NCBI GenBank assembly: GCA_031261915.1
Contig: JAISIT010000072.1
Span: 1-37,948, forward strand
Length of the DNA stretch: 37,948 nucleotides
Source: Candidatus Methanoflexus mossambicus
GTDB taxonomy: Archaea > Methanobacteriota > Methanobacteria > Methanobacteriales > Methanobacteriaceae
Reading direction: 5' to 3'
Position numbers and translations under genes: made by a program. Below the pieces are notes generated by a model, which was given only the letters and a program-made list of their open reading frames with translations, was not told where the DNA came from and did no database searches. This document shows positions 1-10,027 of this stretch, piece after piece; position 1 is the stretch's first letter; each line of letters starts with the position of its first letter.

Positions 1-2
1 AG

Positions 3-159
3 AAAAATAAAGAACTTTTAAGAAAAAATCAAAAAAATATTCCTAGAGCCCCAAAAAATGACATAAAAATACCAAAAAAAGTAATACTCAACTCAAAGAG
101 CCAAGAACTTTACAGTACCGATTATCTTAAGATCATACATTTCCTTAATGGTTAATATA
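3..159 (+). CDS. 3' end of an upstream gene, partial (open frame 3 runs from the window edge to TAA at 157-159; K-rich tail ...KIIHFLNG*)
   Basis: Frame 3 has no stop from base 3 to 159, while the other two plus frames stop within about 20 nt. No recognisable motif. Confidence 0.25.
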
Positions 160-724
160 TTTGTTATTATTAATTAAAATGATATAAATATACAATAAAT
201 TATTTATATAAAATTATTAGTATTCAAATAATAAATATAAATATTAATATTAAGTATATAAAATATATAGTCTATTAATATATAGTCTATATTATTAAAA
301 TTATTTAATTAATTATTAAACATAAATTTGTTTATAAAATTATTAGTTTTCACAATCATAGTTTTCACAATCAATATTTATTTATTCATTTATATATGTT
401 TTTTATTTATTTAATTATATTTTATTAATTTTTAATTTGTTTTTATATATGGATTAAAAAATGATGATATAATAAAGATAGTATTAGGAATAATAGAAGT
501 AATAAAGAGAATAAATTAATAGATTTAACAGATTTAATAGAAAATTAATAGAATTAATAAAGAATTAAATGTAATGGATATTAATAGAGATTAAATATAT
601 TAATATGGATTAATAAAGATAATAAAGATAATAAAAATAATAAATATATTGATAAATATTAATAAATATAATATAATTGATAATAATATAATATTCGCAA
701 ATATAAACAATATAAGGAGTTTCC

Positions 725-2368
725 ATGAATTTTAATCAAAAGTCAGAGAAAATTATTGGAATAATATTGGCTATTGTCAGCATTATTCTTTTAGGGACAG
801 TTTTTTATTATTTAAATGTATCTATTGGTCTTGATGAGTATTTTACTCTTTATAAAGTAGTATTACAACCATTTGACAAGATGATGTTTTCAATTAACAA
901 TGATGTCCATCCTCCACTTTATTATTTTATTTTATATTCTGTCTTTAACATTTTAAATGCTTTTGGCATTTCATACAGTCCAATAATTGCAGGAAAGATT
1001 GTTTCTATAATTCCGATCATTATTTTACTTATTTTTAACTTTACAAAATTAAAAAATAAATTTGGATGGTTGTTTAGTGGAATTTTCGCGATTATGATTG
1101 TTTCTTTTCCAACAATGATGAATTATGCAACAGAAATAAGAATGTATAGTTGGGGATTTTTATTCATAACTTTAGCATTTTATTTTGCCTATGAAATAAC
1201 TAAAAAGTCTAATTGGAAGAATTGGATATTTTTAACAATTTTTACAGTATTTGGAATTTATACTCAGTATTTTGCTACGGTTATTTTATTCTCTATATAT
1301 TTAATATTGCTTTTATGGCTTTTAAATAATCATAGGAAACAGTTAAAGAAACATTCTATTCCAAAATCTATTAAAAAATGGTTTATTTCAGCTATTTTAG
1401 CTATTGTTGCTTATGTTCCATGGATTTTTACATTGTTATATCAATTAGATGTTGGAAATTCTGAATGGATTCCACTCCCTACTATTGATTCGGTTAAAAG
1501 ATTAATTTGGTTTATTTTTGATCCTGTCCTCTTTAATCCAGTTAGAGAAACTAAAATATTGGGCATTATATTTATACTTTCATTTATAGTTTTATTGGCT
1601 TATTATTTCTTAAATATTCGTAAAAATGATAATAAAAGTTTTAATGGTAAAAATTCTAATAGTAAAAGTTCTAATAATAAATTAAACAATATTAGTTTTA
1701 ACTTAAATAATGATAAACTTAATAATTTTATCATTTGGGGATTATTAATTTTTGCATTGTTTACTATTATTGCATTCGTTGTATCTTTTTCTGGACATTC
1801 TATATGGCGAAATAGATATTTTGTTTTAGGTTTAGGAATACTTTGGATGGTTTATGCTTATTTATTATCTAAATCTTATGATAAAAAAATTATTTTTGTT
1901 CCTGTATTGCTTATTTTTTTAATAGTTTCTGGAGTAACAACAGCGTATTATATTGATGATGAACAGAACAATATCATTGCATTAAATGAATATAATGGAT
2001 TTCTTCAGACTTTAGATGATAATCATACTACTATTATCACTACAAATCGTTATACTTACAATATTATGCATAGATACGGTCCAGATGTTCTTAAAGATAA
2101 TATTCATCTATTTTTAAAGAAAGTGGATATTAATGAAGAAAAAGCTAAGGATGGTAAAGAGTTTTCAGAAAAATATGTAATATCTAAAATTAAAAAAGCA
2201 TATAAAAAAGATAATACTATTTATTTATTCACAAGTCCTAAAAGAGGTCAGAAATTTGAAAAAATCTTAAATGATAATGGTTTTAAATTAAAATTAGTTA
2301 AAAAATTACATAAAAACGGTTCTGATGACGGTAATCCAACGGTAATTTATGAAATAGTTAAAAGTTAA
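725..2368 (+). CDS. Polytopic membrane glycosyltransferase of the GT-C fold (GT39 / ArnT / PMT_2-like) with an Asn/Lys-rich insert
   Basis: Strong RBS AAGGAG 6 nt before the ATG. More than 10 predicted TM helices. First-loop 'GLDEYF' DE motif typical of the PMT/ArnT family. Low-complexity N/K insert at about nt 1620-1740. Confidence 0.6.
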   Translation: MNFNQKSEKIIGIILAIVSIILLGTVFYYLNVSIGLDEYFTLYKVVLQPFDKMMFSINNDVHPPLYYFILYSVFNILNAFGISYSPIIAGKIVSIIPIIILLIFNFTKLKNKFGWLFSGIFAIMIVSFPTMMNYATEIRMYSWGFLFITLAFYFAYEITKKSNWKNWIFLTIFTVFGIYTQYFATVILFSIYLILLLWLLNNHRKQLKKHSIPKSIKKWFISAILAIVAYVPWIFTLLYQLDVGNSEWIPLPTIDSVKRLIWFIFDPVLFNPVRETKILGIIFILSFIVLLAYYFLNIRKNDNKSFNGKNSNSKSSNNKLNNISFNLNNDKLNNFIIWGLLIFALFTIIAFVVSFSGHSIWRNRYFVLGLGILWMVYAYLLSKSYDKKIIFVPVLLIFLIVSGVTTAYYIDDEQNNIIALNEYNGFLQTLDDNHTTIITTNRYTYNIMHRYGPDVLKDNIHLFLKKVDINEEKAKDGKEFSEKYVISKIKKAYKKDNTIYLFTSPKRGQKFEKILNDNGFKLKLVKKLHKNGSDDGNPTVIYEIVKS

Positions 2369-2380
2369 TTGAATTTATAT

Positions 2381-2460
2381 TTTTTATTATTTTTTATTAT
2401 TTTTTATTATTTTTTATTATTTTTTATTATTTTTTATTATTTTTTATTATTTTTTATATT
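2381..2460. repeat. Tandem repeat (TTTTTATTAT)x7, plus degenerate flanking copies, between two convergent genes
   Basis: Seven perfect 10-bp units at 2381-2450, then TTTTTATATT. Confidence 0.9.
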
Positions 2461-2612
2461 CTATGTTTGAGAATTATTAAAATTTAAATATAACTAAATA
2501 GTTATTTTGTATATTTTAGAACTATATTAATTTTATTTTTAAAAATAAAAATAAAATGTAATTAAAATTAAAAATTAAAAGTAAATAAAACCTAAAACTT
2601 AAATAAATTACT

Positions 2613-3683
2613 TTAATATTTAATGGGCATATTTCCTAAATAGACATTTTCCAATCCTGAATCAATAGCTATTTTTTTAGCTTTTTTAAGGGTTTCTAAT
2701 TTTGTTGGTTTGATATTATTCATTTTATAATTTGGAAAAGCCCTTGAAAAGTGAAGTGGTACTTCATCATTGAGATTATTGAGTATGAAATCTACAAGGG
2801 ATTTAATCATTTCATTAAAGTCATTTAAATTGTTTATTAAAAGATTTGTAATTTCAATATGCTTTTTTTCTTTATAAATTTTTTTAATATTTTTTAAAAC
2901 AATATCTAATTTAGCATTACAAATATTTTTATAAAATTCATTTGAATATGCTTTTAAATCTATGTTAAATGCATCAACATTTTTTAAAATATATTTCAAT
3001 GATTCATTAGACATATATCCATTACTTACAAATATTGTTTTAAGTCCATTATTTTGAGCAATCTTAGCTATTTGAATATATTCTTCAATATGTATTGTTG
3101 GTTCATTATATGTAAATGAAATAGATTTACAATTATTATTAATTGCATTTTTTACTATTTTATTGCCAATGGATTCTAATTTGACATAAGTATTATTTTC
3201 ATTTTCAATATTGGTCTCATCATTCATAGTATTTTTAATATTCATAAAATTATTAATACTATTATTATTATTAATAGTATTATTATTAATACTATCATTA
3301 TTAATACTATCGTTATTAATAATATTGTATTCATTTTTAATTTGGGAAATAGAATGATTTTGACAGTTTAAACAAGACATATTGCAACCATATCCTCCAA
3401 TTGAATAGCTTAAGCTATTTGGTAAAAAATGATAAAGTGGCTTTTTTTCTATTGGATCAATGCTTTGTGCTGAAAAATTGTTATAATTTATATAATAAAG
3501 TTTTCCATTAATATTTTTTCTTCTATAACAAAATCCATAGCTATTTTCTTTTACTATACATTCACGACTACAAGTTTTACATTGAACTAAAGAATTATCA
3601 ATGTTTTTGCTATTTTCAATAGTTTTAATTTCTTTTTGTCCAATTTTTTCATAAAACATTGTTTCAAGATTATTACTTTTCAT
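2613..3683 (-). CDS. amrS: AmmeMemoRadiSam-system radical SAM enzyme (AmrS; pyruvate formate-lyase activase-like)
   Basis: N-terminal Cys cluster CKTCSRECIV..GFCYRR and radical-SAM CxxxCxxC 'GCNMSCLNCQNH' in the arrangement typical of AmrS. Internal Asn-rich insert (NNDSINNDSINNNTINNNNSINN) encoded at about 3190-3335. Confidence 0.7.
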   Translation of the reverse strand: MKSNNLETMFYEKIGQKEIKTIENSKNIDNSLVQCKTCSRECIVKENSYGFCYRRKNINGKLYYINYNNFSAQSIDPIEKKPLYHFLPNSLSYSIGGYGCNMSCLNCQNHSISQIKNEYNIINNDSINNDSINNNTINNNNSINNFMNIKNTMNDETNIENENNTYVKLESIGNKIVKNAINNNCKSISFTYNEPTIHIEEYIQIAKIAQNNGLKTIFVSNGYMSNESLKYILKNVDAFNIDLKAYSNEFYKNICNAKLDIVLKNIKKIYKEKKHIEITNLLINNLNDFNEMIKSLVDFILNNLNDEVPLHFSRAFPNYKMNNIKPTKLETLKKAKKIAIDSGLENVYLGNMPIKY

Positions 3684-3743
3684 AGTATTTTAGAAATTTT
3701 TTTATTATATATAAATGTTACTAATTTATTCTCATAAAATACT

Positions 3744-3796
3744 TTATATATGATTAGAAACTAATATTAAATCATTATTGGTTTCTATAAGAAACC
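3744..3796 (+). promoter_or_regulatory. Putative frh promoter: TATA-like TTTATATA (3744-3751), then a perfect palindrome GGTTTCT-ATA-AGAAACC (3780-3796) just upstream of the RBS
   Basis: Archaeal TATA consensus about 60 nt upstream of the frhA start. The 17-bp perfect inverted repeat overlaps the expected TSS. The AGAAAC half-site recurs at 3756-3761. Confidence 0.4.
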
Positions 3797-3807
3797 GATA
3801 AAAAGAG

Positions 3808-5037
3808 GTGACATATTTGAGCGAAAGAATAGTTATATCACCTACATCTCGACAAGAAGGGCATGCTGAGCTTGTCATGGAAGTCGACGATGAAGGTATC
3901 GTTACAAAAGGAAGATATTTCAGTATCACTCCTGTTCGAGGATTAGAAAAGATGGTTACAGGAAAGGCAGCTGAAACTGCTCCAGTTCTTTGTCAAAGAA
4001 TTTGTGGAGTTTGTCCAGTGCCTCATACTCTTGCTTCCGTCGAAGCTATGGATGATTCTTTAGGTATAGAAATTCCTAAAGCTGCAAAAATATTAAGAGA
4101 ACTTACAATATCTGCAAGTAATCTTAACTCTCATGCAATACATCATTTCTTAATAGCTCCTGATTTTGTCCCAGACAACTTATTTGCTACTGCTGTTGAC
4201 AGTGTTTCTGAAATCAGAAAAGTTGCACAGTATGTTGTTGATATGGTTGCTGGAGAAGGTATCCACCCTTCTGATGTTAGAATTGGTGGAATGGCAAGTA
4301 ATATTTCTGAACTTGCAAGAAGAAAATTATACTCACGTTTAAAAGCTTTAGTTCCTAAAGTCAATGCTCATGTTGATTTAATCATTGGTTTAGTCGCTGA
4401 TAAAGGATTACCTGCTGGTTTAGGTGAAGTTAACCAACCTTTATTTGCAAGTGATACAATCTATGGTAAAAGAGAATTCTTTGATTTAGATAGATTCACT
4501 GAAGTAATGCCAGAAAGTTGGTATGATGATCCTGAAGTAGGCAAACGTGCTTGTTCCACTATTCCATTATACGATGGTGTTAATGTTGAAGCTGGTCCAA
4601 GAGCAAGAGCTGCTAAATTTAGAGGATTCACTGGTAAAGGTGTCGTTGCACAGCATGTAGCAAGAGCTCATGAAATGAAAACTTATTTATCTCGCTGTAT
4701 TGAACTTTTAGATGAATTAGATACTTCTGCTCCTACAATGGCTGATTATGATTTAAGAGGAACCAGTAAATTAGGTATTGGTGCTATTGAAGCTCCAAGA
4801 GGACTTGATGTTCATTTAGCACAAGTCGGACCTGATGGAAAAACTGAATTCTACAGTGCTTTAGTCCCTACAACTTGGAATATCCCAACTATGGGTCCAG
4901 CAACTGAAGGATTCCATCATGAGTATGGTCCTCATGTTATTAGAGCATACGATCCTTGTCTTTCATGTGCTACTCACGTAATGGTAGTAGATGATGAAGA
5001 TAAGAGTGTTGTTAAAAATGAAATGGTGAAAATTTAA
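3808..5037 (+). CDS. frhA: F420-reducing [NiFe] hydrogenase alpha (large) subunit FrhA; the true start may be TTG at 3817 ([16 protein letters not shown])
   Basis: N-terminal NiFe-binding [10 protein letters not shown] and C-terminal DPCLSCATH, followed by a C-terminal extension that is the maturation-protease substrate. RBS AAGAGGTGA at 3802-3810. Confidence 0.95.
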   Translation: MTYLSERIVISPTSRQEGHAELVMEVDDEGIVTKGRYFSITPVRGLEKMVTGKAAETAPVLCQRICGVCPVPHTLASVEAMDDSLGIEIPKAAKILRELTISASNLNSHAIHHFLIAPDFVPDNLFATAVDSVSEIRKVAQYVVDMVAGEGIHPSDVRIGGMASNISELARRKLYSRLKALVPKVNAHVDLIIGLVADKGLPAGLGEVNQPLFASDTIYGKREFFDLDRFTEVMPESWYDDPEVGKRACSTIPLYDGVNVEAGPRARAAKFRGFTGKGVVAQHVARAHEMKTYLSRCIELLDELDTSAPTMADYDLRGTSKLGIGAIEAPRGLDVHLAQVGPDGKTEFYSALVPTTWNIPTMGPATEGFHHEYGPHVIRAYDPCLSCATHVMVVDDEDKSVVKNEMVKI

Positions 5038-5118
5038 TCTTAAAGAATTATTAATCTAAATTTATTTAGACTTCTTTAATTTTCTTAAAAAAGATTATAA
5101 TTAATATACAGGGAAATT

Positions 5119-5589
5119 ATGCCTTACGAAGCAGAGACTTTAGTTGTTGGTTGTGGAAATGTACTTTTTAAAGATGATGGTTTTGGACCGTCTGTAATAA
5201 AAGCTTTAGAAGAATATTTCGAGGACAAAGAGAAACCAGAAGATGTTATGTTTGTAGATGCTGGAACTGGTGCAACTCACTTTATTTTTACTTTGCCTGA
5301 TGAATCATGGAAAAAGTTAATTGTTGTGGATGTTGTAGAGTTTAACGGCGAACCTGGCACTGTTAAAATCTTTTCTCCTTTTGACATGCCTAAAGGAGCT
5401 TATGAAAATGCTCATACATGGCCTGTTGAAGAACCATTACACGATTTAGCCGAAACAATTGAAGTAATTATTGTTGGATGCAAACCAGAGGAAATCTCTG
5501 CCCCTGATGTTGAAATGGGTTTATCTAAACCAGTTCAAGAGGCGATTCCCAAAGCCATTGATATAATTTTAAAAGAAATAGGGGTTTAG
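5119..5589 (+). CDS. frhD: F420-reducing hydrogenase maturation endopeptidase FrhD
   Basis: HycI/HoxM-family N-terminus [17 protein letters not shown]. Located between frhA and frhG. Confidence 0.85.
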   Translation: MPYEAETLVVGCGNVLFKDDGFGPSVIKALEEYFEDKEKPEDVMFVDAGTGATHFIFTLPDESWKKLIVVDVVEFNGEPGTVKIFSPFDMPKGAYENAHTWPVEEPLHDLAETIEVIIVGCKPEEISAPDVEMGLSKPVQEAIPKAIDIILKEIGV

Positions 5590-5592
5590 CAA

Positions 5593-6405
5593 ATGAGTAT
5601 CTTAGCTAAAATAAAAAAATTTTTAGGAATAGGTGCTAAACCATCTAAGCCAAAAAAAGAAGAATCTTCAAAACAGGAGGTTGAAAAAGTGGCTGATAAA
5701 CCAAAAATAGGATATATTCATTTAAGTGGATGTACTGGAGATATAATGTCTTTAAGTGAAAACTACGACATTCTCTCAACATTACTTACAGATATGGTAG
5801 ATATAGTTTACGGGCAAACCTTAGCAGACGTATGGTGGGATGATGAAAACCCTATGCCTGAAATGGACTTAGCCCTCGTAGAAGGATCAGTTTGTTTACA
5901 AGACGAACATAGTTTACATGAAATTTTCGAAGTTAGGAAAAAAGCTACATTATTATGTGCTTTTGGTTCTTGTGCTAAAAATGGATGTTTCACAAGATTT
6001 GCAAGAGGTGGACAACAAGCTCAACCTAAGCATGAATCTTATGTCCCATTATCAGATTTAGTTAAAGTCGACCTTACTTTACCAGGTTGTCCTGCTTCAC
6101 CAGAAATTATTGCTAAAAGTGTTGTAGCACTTATCAACGGTGATATGGATTACTTACAACCTATGATTGACTTAGCAGCATGTAATTCCAACTGTGGTTG
6201 TGATTTACAATCCGCTATTGTTAATAAAGCATTATGTACTGGCTGTGGAACCTGTGCTTTAGCATGTCCTACCAGAGCATTAACTATGAATCAAGGTAGA
6301 CCTGAATGTAATAAAGCAAGATGTGTTAAATGTGGTAGTTGCTACACACATTGTCCACGTGCTTGGTTCCCAGAAGATAGAATCAAACAAGACTTAGGAC
6401 TATAG
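5593..6405 (+). CDS. frhG: F420-reducing hydrogenase gamma (small, Fe-S) subunit FrhG; the likely true start is GTG 5689, preceded by AGGAGG at 5675-5680, giving [18 protein letters not shown]
   Basis: Small-subunit 'HLSGCTGD' motif and two 4Fe-4S ferredoxin motifs near the C-terminus ([24 protein letters not shown]). Confidence 0.9.
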   Translation: MSILAKIKKFLGIGAKPSKPKKEESSKQEVEKVADKPKIGYIHLSGCTGDIMSLSENYDILSTLLTDMVDIVYGQTLADVWWDDENPMPEMDLALVEGSVCLQDEHSLHEIFEVRKKATLLCAFGSCAKNGCFTRFARGGQQAQPKHESYVPLSDLVKVDLTLPGCPASPEIIAKSVVALINGDMDYLQPMIDLAACNSNCGCDLQSAIVNKALCTGCGTCALACPTRALTMNQGRPECNKARCVKCGSCYTHCPRAWFPEDRIKQDLGL

Positions 6406-6415
6406 AGGTGAAAAA

Positions 6416-7261
6416 ATGGTATTAGGAACTTACAAAGAAGCATTTTCCGCAAGAGCTACCGATAAAGCAATTCAAAAAGTTTCTCAAGATGGTGGAATAG
6501 TAACTGCATTACTTTCCTACGCACTTGAAGAAAAAATCATTGAAGGTGCTGTTGTTGCAGGACCTACTGATGACGCTTTCAAACCAGAACCTTTAGTTGC
6601 ATTAACTGCTGATGAAATCATCTCAGCTGCTGGAACTAAATATACTTTTTCACCAAATGTCTGGGCATTAAAAGATGCTGTTAGACAATATGGTCTTGAA
6701 AAAGTCGGAACTGTCGCAATCCCTTGTCAATTACAAGGTATCAGAAAAACCCAATCTTATCCATTTGCAACCAGATTTGTTGCAGATAAAATTAAGTTAA
6801 TTGTTGGTATTTTCTGTATGGAAAACTTCCCTTATGCATCTCTTGAAACTTTCGTCAGTGAGAAGTTATACTCCTCAATGGACTTAGTTAACAAGATGGA
6901 TATTGGAAAAGGAAAATTCTGGGCTATTACTGATGATGAAGAATTAGCTCTTCCTTTAAAAGACACCCACGGTTACGAACAAGCTGGATGTAACATCTGT
7001 AAAGATTATGTTGCAGAATTAGCTGATGTATCCACTGGATCTGTTGGTTCTCCAGACGGTTGGTCTACAGTTTTACCAAGAACAGTTATCGGAAACGACG
7101 TCTTTACTGCAGCTGTTGAAGCTGGTGTTATTGAAACCAAAGCTATTGCTGATGTTAAACCAGGTTTAGGTTTACTCGAAAAATTAGCAGCAGGCAAAAA
7201 AGACAAAGCAGAAAAAGAAGCAGCTAAAAGAAGAGAACTTGGTTTACCAGTTCCATTCTAA
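6416..7261 (+). CDS. frhB: F420-reducing hydrogenase beta subunit FrhB (F420/FAD-binding)
   Basis: N-terminus [16 protein letters not shown] is typical of FrhB. It occupies the position of the fourth gene in frhADGB. RBS GAGGTGA. Confidence 0.9.
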   Translation: MVLGTYKEAFSARATDKAIQKVSQDGGIVTALLSYALEEKIIEGAVVAGPTDDAFKPEPLVALTADEIISAAGTKYTFSPNVWALKDAVRQYGLEKVGTVAIPCQLQGIRKTQSYPFATRFVADKIKLIVGIFCMENFPYASLETFVSEKLYSSMDLVNKMDIGKGKFWAITDDEELALPLKDTHGYEQAGCNICKDYVAELADVSTGSVGSPDGWSTVLPRTVIGNDVFTAAVEAGVIETKAIADVKPGLGLLEKLAAGKKDKAEKEAAKRRELGLPVPF

Positions 7262-7300
7262 ATCTTTTTCTTTTTTTTATTTTTTATATTCTTAGATTTT
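7262..7300 (+). terminator. Oligo-T tracts immediately after the frhB stop; archaeal-type terminator
   Basis: TCTTTTTCTTTTTTTTATTTTTTAT begins 1 nt after the stop codon. Confidence 0.5.
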
Positions 7301-7596
7301 CTTAATTGAAAATCTTTGACTTTTTTTATTTTTTTTAAGTTTTTTTTCAATCTGAGTTTTATTTTATTTTTTTTAAAAATAATTGATATATTAATTATAT
7401 TCTTTAATCTATTTTTTTAACTTATTTTTTTAACTTCTTTTAAGGATATATTTTATATCTTATACTCTGATTTTAAATATTAAACAAGTATTTTTCTTTT
7501 TATTTTTTTTTATTTAATTTCTCTTTTTAAACTTTTTTATTTTTAAAAATAATGGCTATTTAAACTTATTTTTATAATTTAACTATTTAATTTCAA

Positions 7597-7607
7597 GGGG
7601 GGGGGGG
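7597..7607. repeat. G11 homopolymer (C11 on the minus strand) in the frhB-SPFH intergenic region
   Basis: Eleven consecutive G's at 7597-7607, within a region that is otherwise more than 85% A+T. Confidence 0.95.
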
Positions 7608-7713
7608 TAATTTTTATTTTGACCTTATTTTTAAATTTAAACTCTTTTAATAAAGTTTAATTTTTATAATAAAGTATATATAAAATGCTAAATATAAATT
7701 TAAATAATATTTT

Positions 7714-8853
7714 ATGAGTATTTTAAATTTAAACTTATTTGTGGAGTTAATATTATTTTTATCAAGTAAATATAAAATGGAGAAAATTATGGATGCATTA
7801 AGACTAATTAAATTTGAAAGTGATGATGAGACTATTGTTTGGAAACATCAAAAAGAAGATTTTAGCACTGCCAGTCAATTAATTGTCCACGAAACCCAAG
7901 AAGCAGTTTTATTTAAGAAAGGACAAGCATTAGATATATTTCAACCAGGAGTATACACTCTTAAAAATCCATTCCATTGTGAAATATATTTTATAAATAA
8001 AACTACATCTTTAAATGTTATGTGGGGAACAAGTAGCAAATTTCAAGTCTTAGATCCAACATTTAACATTCCATTAAATGTAGGTGCATCAGGCAGTATG
8101 GAATTTTTAATAAAAGATTCAAAAAAATTCTTAATTAACGTTGTAGGAACTCAAAAAGCAATTACAACAGAAAAATTAATCAAATATTTCAGAGAAAAAA
8201 TAAGCACAAAAGTTAAAACATATTTAGCAAAAATAATGTCAGAAGTTAGCTATTTAGCTATTAACCAACATTTAGAAGAAATTTCACAAGCAATGAAAGA
8301 AAAATTAACAAAAGATTTCAATGATTACGGCATAACCATAGTTAATTTCTATTTATCAACAATAGCTATTCCAAATGAAGACACAGACAAAGTTAAAGAA
8401 GTATTAAATAAGAAAATGGAATATGGAATTCTTGATTACAACTGGGCAGATGAACAAATAGCTGAAATATCAAAAAAATATGCAGAAAATCCAGGAATAC
8501 AAAATGACAATGAAAAAATAACTAAAATGCCAATAACGATGGTTTTTGGAGAAATAATTAAAGATAAAATTGCAAATACCATAGAAAATCAATTTTCGCA
8601 AAAACAAAAATTATTCGAGAATAGTGATGAGGATAATAATACTGATAATCGTGATAATAATAAAAATATGTTTTTCTTTTGTGAATGTGGTAGAGAAATA
8701 GAAAAAGATTATGTATTCTGTCCAACATGTGGGAAAAAATTAAATAATCCGTTTAATTTAATTAATGAAAATAAAATAGAAAGTGAAATTGAAAGTAAAA
8801 TCGACAATGATGATAAATTTTGCTCAAAATGTGGAAAAGAATTAAAAAAGTGA
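7714..8853 (+). CDS. SPFH (band-7/stomatin-like) domain protein with two C-terminal zinc ribbons (COG4260-like); the real start is probably ATG 7777 or 7789
   Basis: N-terminal segment ...LIKFESDDETIVWKHQKEDFSTASQLIVHETQEAVLFKKGQALDIFQPGVYTL matches the COG4260 SPFH-Zn-ribbon family. C-terminus has CxCG...CPTCG and CSKCG ribbons. The GGAG within ATGGAG (7777) lies 7 nt before ATG 7789. Confidence 0.6.
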   Translation: MSILNLNLFVELILFLSSKYKMEKIMDALRLIKFESDDETIVWKHQKEDFSTASQLIVHETQEAVLFKKGQALDIFQPGVYTLKNPFHCEIYFINKTTSLNVMWGTSSKFQVLDPTFNIPLNVGASGSMEFLIKDSKKFLINVVGTQKAITTEKLIKYFREKISTKVKTYLAKIMSEVSYLAINQHLEEISQAMKEKLTKDFNDYGITIVNFYLSTIAIPNEDTDKVKEVLNKKMEYGILDYNWADEQIAEISKKYAENPGIQNDNEKITKMPITMVFGEIIKDKIANTIENQFSQKQKLFENSDEDNNTDNRDNNKNMFFFCECGREIEKDYVFCPTCGKKLNNPFNLINENKIESEIESKIDNDDKFCSKCGKELKK

Positions 8854-8857
8854 TTAT

Positions 8858-10006
8858 ATGAAAAAATTAGAATGTGAAATATGTGGAAGCACAGATATAA
8901 TCAAAGAAGATGGTTTATGGGTCTGTCAAAGTTGTGGGGCCAAATATTCCACAGAAGAAGCCAAAAAGATGATGGTTGAAGGAACTGTAAAAATTGATAA
9001 TAGCTCCAAAATTCAAAATTTAAAGATATTAGCTGATAGAGCATTAGAAAATAAACAATACGATGAAGGATACAAATACTATGAAGAAATTCTCTTTTCT
9101 GAAGCAGACAATTATGAAGCTATTTTTAACATGAGTTTATGTAAATTTTACACATCAAAACTCGGAAATCTCCATTTAGATGGTGTTGTTTCAAGTGCTA
9201 AATCTGCAATAGATATAGCAAAAACCAAATTAGATAATGAAAAATTAAATGATTTTGTTTTTAAGACAGTATCGGAAATTCATATTTGTGGCAATATGGC
9301 ATTTTCTAACATGCTATTAACTAACTTGGATGTGATGAGTCAAAAAGATGGTTTTTATCAGGCATGGGCATCTTTAGATTATTGTATTAATTTATTGTAT
9401 GAATTTTTTGAAAATGGCATATCACAATTTGATACATTAAAATTGAGCATATTAAAAGATTTAATCTCATTTGGGGAGGATAATTATTTTAAAATTTATA
9501 TTAAATCTTTTTCTGATGGTTCTGGATCATTTATTCCTTATAATAAATTTTTGGGAGGTTATAAATCAAAACTCAGAGAATTAAATAAAAAAGAGGATTT
9601 AAATGTCTATGAAGAGTCTAATAATTTAAATAATGATCTTATAGATCATTTAACAATTAATAATAATATTAATTTGAAAGGTCATGCCAAATCTAATTTA
9701 AATGATAATCCAAAAAAAGAGGATTTAAATATTCAAAAAGATTCTAATTTAAAAAATAATCAAAAAAATGGGGCTTGTTATATAGCAACATCTGTTTATG
9801 GTTCTTATGATTCACCTGAAGTTTGGACTTTAAGAATATTTAGAGATAATGTTCTTTCAAAAAGTTTGTGTGGAAAATTATTCATAAAATGTTATTATTC
9901 TATAAGTCCAACCCTTGTTAAATATTTTGGTAATAAAAAATGGTTTAATCAATTATTTAAAAGAATATTGGATGAAATAATATATGATTTAAAGAAAAAA
10001 AGATAG
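8858..10006 (+). CDS. Zinc-ribbon / TPR-like repeat protein with a C-terminal CFI-box-like module (CYIATSVYGSYDSPEVWTLRIFRDNVL)
   Basis: N-terminal CEICGS...CQSCG zinc ribbon. Central helical-repeat region with an N/K-rich linker. The conserved C-terminal Cys-aromatic-Ile-Ala-Thr motif resembles the CFI-box C-terminal domain family. Confidence 0.5.
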   Translation: MKKLECEICGSTDIIKEDGLWVCQSCGAKYSTEEAKKMMVEGTVKIDNSSKIQNLKILADRALENKQYDEGYKYYEEILFSEADNYEAIFNMSLCKFYTSKLGNLHLDGVVSSAKSAIDIAKTKLDNEKLNDFVFKTVSEIHICGNMAFSNMLLTNLDVMSQKDGFYQAWASLDYCINLLYEFFENGISQFDTLKLSILKDLISFGEDNYFKIYIKSFSDGSGSFIPYNKFLGGYKSKLRELNKKEDLNVYEESNNLNNDLIDHLTINNNINLKGHAKSNLNDNPKKEDLNIQKDSNLKNNQKNGACYIATSVYGSYDSPEVWTLRIFRDNVLSKSLCGKLFIKCYYSISPTLVKYFGNKKWFNQLFKRILDEIIYDLKKKR

Positions 10007-10027
10007 AAATGGAATACAATAAAGTTA

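Noticed and set aside
7597-7607. G-quadruplex at the G11 tract
   Set aside because: A single uninterrupted G-run without three further G-tracts nearby cannot form a canonical intramolecular G4. Kept only as a homopolymer or slippage site.
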